Source: an uncultured Fimbriimonadaceae bacterium
Lineage (GTDB): Bacteria; Armatimonadota; Fimbriimonadia; Fimbriimonadales; Fimbriimonadaceae
DNA: 41,774 nt
Direction of reading: 5' to 3'
Assembly: GCA_964405415.1 (NCBI GenBank)
Contig: CAYONY010000002.1
Coordinates: 1 to 41,774 of the forward strand
In this document: piece after piece, positions 8,968 through 19,147 of the stretch
How the letters are laid out: the number at the start of each line of letters is the position of its first letter
Position numbering within the stretch: the stretch's first letter is position 1
Program-made: the position numbers and the translations under genes
Notes under the pieces: model-generated
The model's database searches: none
Told to the model about the DNA's origin: nothing
The model's input: only the letters and a program-made list of their open reading frames with translations

Positions 8968-10578
8968 ATGAAGACGTACAAGATTGCGGCTGTTCTCGGG
9001 CTCGTGGGGCTTTCCATGGCGTCGCTGGCGCAAACGGAATTTGTTCCCGGCGAGGTTCTGGTCAAGTTCAAGCCCGGCTATGAATTGGCCTCGAGAGCGG
9101 CGCGGATGGCCATTGGCGCCGAATTGGAGAGTTCGATCCCGGCGATTGGATATGAGAAAATCGCCCTTCCCCCCGGAATGTCGGTGAAGGAAGGCGTTCG
9201 CTATTTCAAGAGCAACCCCTACGTGCAGTCGGCCGAGCCGAATGGCATTTGGTATGCCGACTTCACGCCGAACGATCCGATGTTCGGCCAGCAGTATCAG
9301 CACACCAAAGTGCAGACGCCCGCCGCCTGGGACATCAACCAAGGGAACGCGAACATCATCATCGCGATCCTCGATTCCGGCGTCGATAAGGTCCATCCGG
9401 ATCTCTCGGCCAAGATCATCGGGGGTTTCGACTTCGTGAACAATGATCCGGACGCCCAAGACGACTTTGGGCACGGCACCCACGTGGCCGGCCTTGCCGC
9501 CGCCAGCACGAACAACGGCGTCGGCGTCGCCGGCACCGGTTTCAACTGCAAAATCATGCCGGTCAAGGTGCTCAGCTCGGGTGGTGGCGGCACCTTCGAG
9601 TGGGTCGCCAGCGGTATCACGTTCGCGGCCGATAACGGGGCCAAGGTCATCAACATGAGCCTGGGCGGCCCGTCGCCGGCCCCGATCGTGGAGACCGCCG
9701 TGAACTACGCGCTCACGAAAGGGTGCGTGGTGGTCGCGTCCGCCGGCAACAACGGCAACACCGATCCGAATTATCCGGGCTTCTATGCCGGATGCATCGC
9801 GGTTGCCTCGACCAATCAGAACGACCAGCGCTCGGGCTTCAGCACCTATGGCAACTGGGTTGATGTGGCAGCGCCCGGCGATGCGGTGCTCAGCACCCTG
9901 CTCGGCGGCGGCTACGGCAACGAAAGCGGCACGTCGATGGCGGCTCCGGTCACCGCCGGCGTCGTCGGCCTCATCTGGGCCCATTCGCCGCTCGGCACCA
10001 CCAACACCCAGGTGCGCGCGACCCTTGAAAACAACTGCGACAACGTCGGCAACTTCGTGATTAAGGGCCGCATCAACGCTTTCAAAGCGCTGAACTCGAT
10101 AGGGACGTTCATCGACGTGCCGGCTTGGCCCAGTGGTGTCGAAGTTCACACCGGCACCTATGTCGGCGGCGATACGGAATCGCTGGCGGCCGCCGATGGC
10201 AACACCTACCGGATCAACTCCGTGCAGATCAGCAAGCAAGGAAGCGTGGCCGCCGCCGCCATCGAGTTCACCTCGACGGAGAACTTCAATACGGCGAATA
10301 AGGTCAGCTTCCAGCTCAACGGGGCGGCCGTCAATGGCGTCACCGGCATGTTCTATATGTACAAGTGGTCGACCGGCCAGTGGGTGCATGTCAAGTCCTT
10401 CCCCATGAAGAACACGAACACGGCGGCAACGGTCGATGCGGCAAAGCCCTATCCGCAATGGATCAGTGGCGGCAAGGTGCGCATCCTCTACCGTTCAATC
10501 GCTCCGGAACGCCTGAGGCTGAACTATCAGCTCAAGATCGACCAGACGATGATGACCGTGCGTAAACGGGTCTTCTAA
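8968..10578 (+). CDS. secreted subtilisin-like serine protease (peptidase S8) with prodomain and uncharacterised C-terminal domain
   Basis: ATG at 8968 gives the signal peptide MKTYKIAAVLGLVGLSMASLAQ. Catalytic triad motifs are AILDSGVD, HGTHVAG and GTSMAAP. The last 160 aa (10096-10575) have no motif I recognise. Confidence 0.9.
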   Translation: MKTYKIAAVLGLVGLSMASLAQTEFVPGEVLVKFKPGYELASRAARMAIGAELESSIPAIGYEKIALPPGMSVKEGVRYFKSNPYVQSAEPNGIWYADFTPNDPMFGQQYQHTKVQTPAAWDINQGNANIIIAILDSGVDKVHPDLSAKIIGGFDFVNNDPDAQDDFGHGTHVAGLAAASTNNGVGVAGTGFNCKIMPVKVLSSGGGGTFEWVASGITFAADNGAKVINMSLGGPSPAPIVETAVNYALTKGCVVVASAGNNGNTDPNYPGFYAGCIAVASTNQNDQRSGFSTYGNWVDVAAPGDAVLSTLLGGGYGNESGTSMAAPVTAGVVGLIWAHSPLGTTNTQVRATLENNCDNVGNFVIKGRINAFKALNSIGTFIDVPAWPSGVEVHTGTYVGGDTESLAAADGNTYRINSVQISKQGSVAAAAIEFTSTENFNTANKVSFQLNGAAVNGVTGMFYMYKWSTGQWVHVKSFPMKNTNTAATVDAAKPYPQWISGGKVRILYRSIAPERLRLNYQLKIDQTMMTVRKRVF

Positions 10579-10602
10579 GTCAAGGCGAAAAGACAAAGCG
10601 AA

Positions 10603-10640
10603 GCCGGCCCGGAGGATCTCCTCCGGGCCGGCCCTTTTTG
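10603..10640. terminator. bidirectional intrinsic terminator between the S8 protease gene and secA
   Basis: Perfect 13-bp GC-rich stem (10603-10615 pairs with 10620-10632) followed by CCTTTTTG on the plus strand. The complement also has a T-rich tail. It lies between convergent stops at 10578 and 10652. Confidence 0.75.
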
Positions 10641-10651
10641 TGCGTGTCCTT

Positions 10652-13798
<3,147 letters not shown>

Positions 13799-13899
13799 GC
13801 GTTTGGGTTTGGTATCGGTTGGAGAGGCGCCGAGAATTGGCCGCGGGCGCCGGTGAGGCGGCAGAAAGGGGGGCTTCGTACCCGGTGAAGGGCCGTGCC

Positions 13900-14313
13900 C
13901 TAGGCGACGGGCCCGGCGCGCGTCCGGCGGTTCTGAAGGAAGCCGTCTTGGATCGGACCCGGCCTCTCGGCGGGATCGCCCCGTTCGGGCTCCATCTTGG
14001 GGTTGAGCCGGCCCTGGGGGCCAAGGATCGGGCGGGGAAGGTCGGCAAACTCCAGACTGAGGATCTGGGCGATCGCTGCACAGAGCGCCGCGTCGGTGGC
14101 AAGCGTGGCGTAACGCTTCGAACTCTCCGAAGGCGACAGGCCCTTAGCCCCCGAAACGGTGGCTGCGTCCGATGCCTCTTCGTCTCGCGACGCGCTAAGC
14201 ACGCGTTCAAGGGCCCTCAGCGCCTCCGGAAGCCGTTCCGACGTGCCGAACCGCTCCAGAGCCGCCGGGCCCTGGAAGGCGATCAAGAGGAGAACGGGAA
14301 CGAGTGAAAGCAT
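13900..14313 (-). CDS. hypothetical small secreted protein
   Basis: 137-aa ORF with a hydrophobic N-terminus (MLSLVPVLLLIAF). Third-position GC read by eye is high, like neighbouring genes. No recognisable family. Competing ORFs on other frames look like shadow ORFs. Confidence 0.45.
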   Translation of the reverse strand: MLSLVPVLLLIAFQGPAALERFGTSERLPEALRALERVLSASRDEEASDAATVSGAKGLSPSESSKRYATLATDAALCAAIAQILSLEFADLPRPILGPQGRLNPKMEPERGDPAERPGPIQDGFLQNRRTRAGPVA

Positions 14314-14413
14314 CAGTTGGGGCCGGAGCCTTCAATTATAGACGTTTTGACGAGAACCGGCGTCGCGAACGGCGGTCCCAAGTCCCGATTTGCGCATTTG
14401 CACGAAAAACGTG

Positions 14414-14419
14414 TATCAT
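14414..14419 (+). promoter_or_regulatory. candidate -10 box (TATCAT) of a leaderless TetR transcript
   Basis: TTGCGC (14390-14395), 18-nt spacer, TATCAT (14414-14419). An in-frame GTG at 14426 lies 6 nt downstream. Confidence 0.35.
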
Positions 14420-14425
14420 GTAATC

Positions 14426-15067
14426 GTGAGCTTAACGGAAGTCCTCGCGCCCCCCAGTCCATCAGGGACCCGCGATCGCATCCTGGATGCGACGGATCGG
14501 CTCATGCAGCGTTTCGGCTTTCGCAAAATGACGATGGACGACATCGCACGCGATGCCGGAATCAGCAAACGCACCATCTACACCCATTTCGCCAACAAAG
14601 AAGAGGTGGGCCTCTCCAGCATTGAGCGCGTCGTCCAGTTTGCCCAGCAGCAAATGGCGGCCGCTGCGGCCGGGGAAGGCACGATCCCCGAACGGCTTCG
14701 GGACATGCTCATGGCGCGGGTAATGGCCCGCGTGGAAAGCGTTCGGGACTACCGGCAGAGCCTCGACGAGTTGTTTGAGGCGGTCCGTCCCGCCTATTTG
14801 GAGCGACGCAAGCGCAACTTCCAAATCGAGGCGACGATGATCCAGGGCATGCTCCGCGCCGGCGTCGCCGAAGGCTATTTCCACCTTAGCGGCGATGCCG
14901 AAACCGCGGAACTGCTGCTTCGTGCGACCAACGCCTTCTTGCCCTATAGCCTCTCCGTGTCCGAATTGGGGGATACCGAGGCCATTCGAACGGGTGTTCG
15001 CCAACTCGCCGACCTTCTCATTCGCGGATTGCTCCGCCCCGCTGACCCAATGGAATCCAGACCATGA
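14426..15067 (+). CDS. TetR/AcrR family transcriptional regulator
   Basis: HTH region RDRILDATDRLMQRFGFRKMTMDDIARDAGISKRTIYTHF. The longest ORF starts at TTG 14390, but the promoter-like elements lie inside that extension, so GTG 14426 is preferred. The stop overlaps the next ATG (ATGA). Confidence 0.85.
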   Translation: MSLTEVLAPPSPSGTRDRILDATDRLMQRFGFRKMTMDDIARDAGISKRTIYTHFANKEEVGLSSIERVVQFAQQQMAAAAAGEGTIPERLRDMLMARVMARVESVRDYRQSLDELFEAVRPAYLERRKRNFQIEATMIQGMLRAGVAEGYFHLSGDAETAELLLRATNAFLPYSLSVSELGDTEAIRTGVRQLADLLIRGLLRPADPMESRP

Positions 15068-16125
15068 ACCTCAAAAATGCGCGCTCTTCTGCTCTTTTGG
15101 CGCTCGTCGCCCTCGCCTTCCTCGCTTGGGGCCAAAGCGGCCCGGCCGCTCCGTCGCTGACCCGGGCGATGAAGGATGAGGCCGCGACAACCCTTGGCAA
15201 AAAGCTCGCCGAAAACTACGTGTTCCCCGAGATGGGCAAGAAAATGGAGGCACTTCTTAAGGAGCTCCAGGCCAAGCCCGAATATGAAGCGGCCGCCGAA
15301 GGTCCGGCGTTTGCCAAATACCTGACCGACCAGCTTCAAGCGCTTTCCAAAGACAAGCACCTCCGAGTTCGTTTTCATCCGAATGCGCTTCCTGCCGACT
15401 TCGGCCGCGGCCGGCCGCCCACTCCCGAAGACGAGCGCGAAGAAGAGCGCATGATGAAGCGCGAAAACGGCGGATTCGAGAAGGTTGAGCGGTTGCCCGG
15501 CAACGTCGGCTATGTCGATTTCCGCTTCTTTGGCGAGGGCAAGGTCTGCTACGAGGCGGCGCTGGCCGCGATGCGGTTTCTCCAAAACTCGGATGCGATC
15601 ATCTTTGATGTCCGTCAGAACGGCGGCGGCAGCCCTGCGATGGTTGCCTTTATCTGCAGTTTCTTGCTCGACAGCGGCGTCCACCTCAACGACCTCTATT
15701 TTCGCCCGGATAACGAGACCCGTCAGTTCTGGACCTTGCCCAGCATGCCCGTCGAGCGCTACCTCACGAAGCCGGTCTATGTGCTCACCAGTTCGCGCAC
15801 GTTCTCCGGAGCCGAAGAATTCAGCTACAACCTGAAAACCCAGAAACGCGCAACGCTGGTTGGCGAGACCACGGGCGGGGGCGCCCATCCGGGCGGCGGC
15901 AACCGCCTTGGGGACCACTTCACCGCCTTCATTCCGGTTGGACGGGCGATCAACCCGATCACCAAGACCAATTGGGAGGGCACCGGCGTCAAGCCCGATA
16001 TCGAGGTCAAAGCCGATGACGCGCTCATCACCGCGCATCGCAATGCGGTCAAGAAGCTCCTCGACGCCGCCACGTCACAAGAGGACAAAGAGTGGCTCAC
16101 CCGCGTTCTCGATCGGATCAAGTGA
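15064..16125 (+). CDS. secreted S41 family peptidase (IRBP/tricorn-core-like, with N-terminal S41_N type domain)
   Basis: Signal peptide, then DVRQNGGGSP and TFSGAEEFSYNLK motifs typical of S41 peptidases. Confidence 0.8.
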   Translation: MNLKNARSSALLALVALAFLAWGQSGPAAPSLTRAMKDEAATTLGKKLAENYVFPEMGKKMEALLKELQAKPEYEAAAEGPAFAKYLTDQLQALSKDKHLRVRFHPNALPADFGRGRPPTPEDEREEERMMKRENGGFEKVERLPGNVGYVDFRFFGEGKVCYEAALAAMRFLQNSDAIIFDVRQNGGGSPAMVAFICSFLLDSGVHLNDLYFRPDNETRQFWTLPSMPVERYLTKPVYVLTSSRTFSGAEEFSYNLKTQKRATLVGETTGGGAHPGGGNRLGDHFTAFIPVGRAINPITKTNWEGTGVKPDIEVKADDALITAHRNAVKKLLDAATSQEDKEWLTRVLDRIK

Positions 16126-16126
16126 T

Positions 16127-16152
16127 CCGGAGCCCCGGCTAGCGGGCTCCGG
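16127..16152. terminator. hairpin between convergent S41 and GH1 genes
   Basis: CCGGAGCCC (16127-16135) pairs with GGGCTCCGG (16144-16152). The 8-nt loop contains the GH1 stop codon (16139-16141). Only a short T tract follows. Confidence 0.45.
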
Positions 16153-17533
16153 CTTTGCGGGGGCCCAGCACCGAGCCATTGCTGTCCGCCACGCGGCGGT
16201 ACCAATGGCCGGAGTCCTTGATCGTGCGTTTCTGGGTTTCGTAGTCGACGTGGATCAGCCCAAAGCGGTGCCGATAGCCCTCGGCCCATTCGAAGTTGTC
16301 CATCAGCGACCAATGGAAATAGCCGAGCACCGGAAAACCCTCCTGGTGAGCGCGTGAAAGCTGGAGCAGGTGCTGCTCGGTGAAGTCGATCCGTTGCGGA
16401 TCGTGCACGCCGCCGTCGAGGCCGACCCAATCCAGGCCGGAGATCCCGTTCTCCGAGATCGTCATCGGCAGCCCGTAGCGCTCGTAATGGAAGCGCACCG
16501 ACCAATAGAGGCCTTCGGGCACGACCGCCCAATCGAAGCCCGAACGCGCATGGCCCGGGACATGCTGCAGCTCTTTGAGGCTTCCGTCCGGCATCGCTTC
16601 GATTCGCGCCGCCGTGTAATAGTTCAGCCCGATCGAGTCGATCGGCTGCTTCATCGTCTTGAGCTCCTCGTCCGTGACCTTGATCGGGTTGGCGCCCAAA
16701 AAGCGCTCGAATTGGGAGGGCCACGTGCCCAAGATCACCGGGTCCAAGTAGATCCGGTTCGGCCAGAACCACCGGCCGTCGATCGGCTCGCCGAACGAAT
16801 ACGCGCGCGCGGCCTGGATGTTATCTTCGGTCTCGTCGACCGGAACGCCGATGCTGCTGACCGGGGCGATGCTCAGATGCAGCTTTTGTTTGCCCTTGGC
16901 GCGCAACGCTTGGCACGCCATCCCGTGGGCGAGCAGGGCATGTTTGGTGGCGGTAAAGAACTCCGGATAGTCGAGCTTGAGACCGGGCGCGTGAATCCCC
17001 GCGACATGGCCCAAGCCGAGAAAACAGGGTGGCTCGTTAAGCGTGTACCACTTCGCAACCCGGTCGGAATACCGCTCGGCGAGTAGCGCGGTGTAATCGG
17101 CAAACCATTTCGGCGCGTCGGGGTTCAGCCAGCCGCCGCGCAAAAAAAGCGCATGCGGATAGTCCCAATGGAACACGGTGGGAAAGGGCTCGATCCCGTT
17201 TTCCAGGAGAGCGTCGATCAGCCGGTCGTAGAACTCCAGCCCTTTTTCATTGGCCGCGCCGGTTCCTTCGGGAAGGACGCGAGACCAAGAAAAGGAAAAC
17301 CGATAGGCGCGAGCCCCGATCTCCCGCATCAGCCCAACGTCCTCCTGAAACCGATGGTAATGATCGCAAGCGACGTCGCCGGTATGCCCCGCATTGACCT
17401 TTCCCGGCCACCGGCAAAACATATCCCAAACGCTCGGCCCGCGGCCATCCGCCCGGCTCCCGCCCTCGATCTGGTACGAGGCGGCGGCCACGCCCCAAAG
17501 AAAATCGTCTCGAAACTTGCCTTCTTTCATCAT
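16139..17533 (-). CDS. glycoside hydrolase family 1 beta-glucosidase
   Basis: FLWGVAAASYQIEGG, acid/base TLNEP and nucleophile ITENG motifs. ATG ATG at 17533 gives about 464 aa. The ORF-track extension to 17716 runs into the divergent gene. Confidence 0.92.
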   Translation of the reverse strand: MMKEGKFRDDFLWGVAAASYQIEGGSRADGRGPSVWDMFCRWPGKVNAGHTGDVACDHYHRFQEDVGLMREIGARAYRFSFSWSRVLPEGTGAANEKGLEFYDRLIDALLENGIEPFPTVFHWDYPHALFLRGGWLNPDAPKWFADYTALLAERYSDRVAKWYTLNEPPCFLGLGHVAGIHAPGLKLDYPEFFTATKHALLAHGMACQALRAKGKQKLHLSIAPVSSIGVPVDETEDNIQAARAYSFGEPIDGRWFWPNRIYLDPVILGTWPSQFERFLGANPIKVTDEELKTMKQPIDSIGLNYYTAARIEAMPDGSLKELQHVPGHARSGFDWAVVPEGLYWSVRFHYERYGLPMTISENGISGLDWVGLDGGVHDPQRIDFTEQHLLQLSRAHQEGFPVLGYFHWSLMDNFEWAEGYRHRFGLIHVDYETQKRTIKDSGHWYRRVADSNGSVLGPRKAGAR

Positions 17534-17586
17534 CACTCGAATCTCCGTTGATACCCGTTTCCCAAATGCCCCGCTCCCATCATCAA

Positions 17587-17604
17587 TGATAATACGATTT
17601 ATCA
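17587..17604. promoter_or_regulatory. AT-rich inverted repeat TGATAA-N6-TTATCA upstream of the GH1 gene (candidate operator)
   Basis: Read directly. It stands out in GC-rich DNA and lies 54-71 nt upstream of the GH1 start. Confidence 0.3.
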
Positions 17605-17663
17605 ACCGCATGCAACCTCCGTGCGGTTGGGTTTTGACGTCATTTCTGGCGGGGTCGCGAAGG

Positions 17664-17669
17664 TAGAAT
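17664..17669 (+). promoter_or_regulatory. candidate -10 box (TAGAAT) 6 nt upstream of ATG 17676
   Basis: TAGAAT at 17664-17669. There is no Shine-Dalgarno sequence between it and the ATG. Confidence 0.35.
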
Positions 17670-17675
17670 CGAACC

Positions 17676-18008
17676 ATGCCCCTCTTCAAAGAAGGCGAAC
17701 GTGTGCGCATTGTCAAGCGGCCGGCGACCGAGACGGACCGCCTCGGAAACGCCTATTTCGAGCACATGGGCGGCCTTACCGGCGTCGTGCAGAACATCTA
17801 CGGCAAAGAGGAAGTGGCGGTCAAGATCGATGTGGACGCCTTGAACCGGGTGACTTCGGATGTCCATCGCGAGTCGGTGCGGCGGATGCGGGAAAAGTTT
17901 CAATCGAACATCAGCGAAGAGCAGAAGAAGCAGCTCACCGCCCAGGAGCTGAACTTCGACGCCCACTACATGTTGTTGGTGCGCGAAGCGGATCTTGAAA
18001 AAGCCTGA
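17676..18008 (+). CDS. hypothetical 110-aa protein (N-terminal KOW/SH3-like beta segment, charged helical C-terminus)
   Basis: Clean ORF in the gap between divergent genes. No family recognised. Confidence 0.55.
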   Translation: MPLFKEGERVRIVKRPATETDRLGNAYFEHMGGLTGVVQNIYGKEEVAVKIDVDALNRVTSDVHRESVRRMREKFQSNISEEQKKQLTAQELNFDAHYMLLVREADLEKA

Positions 18009-18098
18009 GCCCGTTTTCACTGAGGGTTGAACGAATCCCCGAGGTGCGGGCACCAACCGTCATCAGGTCCTGGTTACAGGATTCAGGAGGTCGCGGTT

Positions 18099-19139
18099 AT
18101 GTCACGCCCGATTTGGCCCCTCGTTGTTTTGCTCTCGCTTAGCGTCCTGGGAGGATCCGGCTGCTCAAAGCCGGCCGAAACCTCGGAAGGAACGTCCCTC
18201 ACGGCCCAGCATACGGAAGTGCCCGGAATGTCGAATTACGGATTGGCCCAGCCGATCCAGGTGAGCAACGTCACCATCGTCCCCGTGGTCTCCAAAGAGG
18301 CCCAAACGCCGACCGGCCCGGAATACGCCACGTTGGCTGAAGCCAAGAGAAACGCCTGGATCGAAATCATCGAGGAACCCGGCGACGGCGAGGTCGACAC
18401 GCTGCAAGTTCACAATGTGGGCCCAAAGCCGATCCTCCTGCTCAGCGGCGATCTTTTGCTTGGCGGAAAGCAGGATCGCGTGGTGGCTAAGGACACCATC
18501 GTTCCGCCGGGCAAGACGGCCAAGATCCCGGTTTTTTGTGTCGAGCCGGGACGGTGGTCGGGCGAGTCGAAGCACTTTTCCTACGGCGACACGTCGGTCC
18601 CGCTTTCCGTGAAGAAGGAGGCCGCGTTTGGCGACCAGGAGAAAGTGTGGGCCGGCGTGGGCGAGTTCAACGCCATGGCCGGGGCGGCCCGGGGTGGGCG
18701 AACGACCGTGCAAGAGGGCCTGAACCAAAAAGAAGTTCAAGCCCATATCGACCGAAACTTGGCGGCGGTGCGAGAAAGGCTGGGCAAAAACGTGGTTGGC
18801 CTGATGTTTCTGGTTGATGGCGAGATCAAGACTCTTGAGCTTTTCGGCAACAACCGACTGTTTTCAGCGTCGCGCGACTCGTTGCTGAAGGGCGCGCTCG
18901 CCCAAGCCGCGGTGGCCCAAAATGCAACGCCGGCAAAGGTCGATTTGGCGGCCTGCGCGAAGTTCATGGGCGAGGCGATGGCGAGCAACCGCGTCGTCGA
19001 GAGTCGGGCTGCCGATAACGTCTCGACGCTTCGGGCTTCGCCGGCCAGCCGTGGCCGAGAGCTCCATTTTGAAGACGCCAAGCGCGAGCCCGGGACATCC
19101 AGCTCGGGTTTGGTCCACGGAACTTACACGAAGCAATAG
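18099..19139 (+). CDS. lipoprotein of unknown function (resembles the widespread uncharacterised family I recall as DUF6569)
   Basis: GGAGG lies 8 nt before ATG 18099. Lipobox LGGSGC. Conserved-looking core PILLLSGDLLLGGKQDRVVAKDTIVPPGKTAKIPVFCVEPGRWS and VVGLMFLVDGEIKTLELFG. Confidence 0.7.
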   Translation: MSRPIWPLVVLLSLSVLGGSGCSKPAETSEGTSLTAQHTEVPGMSNYGLAQPIQVSNVTIVPVVSKEAQTPTGPEYATLAEAKRNAWIEIIEEPGDGEVDTLQVHNVGPKPILLLSGDLLLGGKQDRVVAKDTIVPPGKTAKIPVFCVEPGRWSGESKHFSYGDTSVPLSVKKEAAFGDQEKVWAGVGEFNAMAGAARGGRTTVQEGLNQKEVQAHIDRNLAAVRERLGKNVVGLMFLVDGEIKTLELFGNNRLFSASRDSLLKGALAQAAVAQNATPAKVDLAACAKFMGEAMASNRVVESRAADNVSTLRASPASRGRELHFEDAKREPGTSSSGLVHGTYTKQ

Positions 19140-19147
19140 CCGCCCAG

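Noticed and set aside
8959-10458. 499-aa ORF antisense to the S8 protease gene
   Set aside because: Shadow ORF. It has no recognisable domain and is Arg/Gly/Asp-rich, while the opposite strand carries the full D-H-S catalytic triad.
17660-17680. tRNA T-arm-like GGTTCGATTC (complement); a similar GGTTCGAATC at 33681-33692
   Set aside because: The flanking bases cannot form the 5-bp T stem, and no acceptor or anticodon arms are present. The second site lies inside the folK coding sequence (LGSNLGDR).
17534-17716. N-terminal extension of the GH1 ORF
   Set aside because: GH1 homology starts at MMKEGKFRDDFLWG. The extension crosses the divergent promoter region and the start of the 17676 gene.
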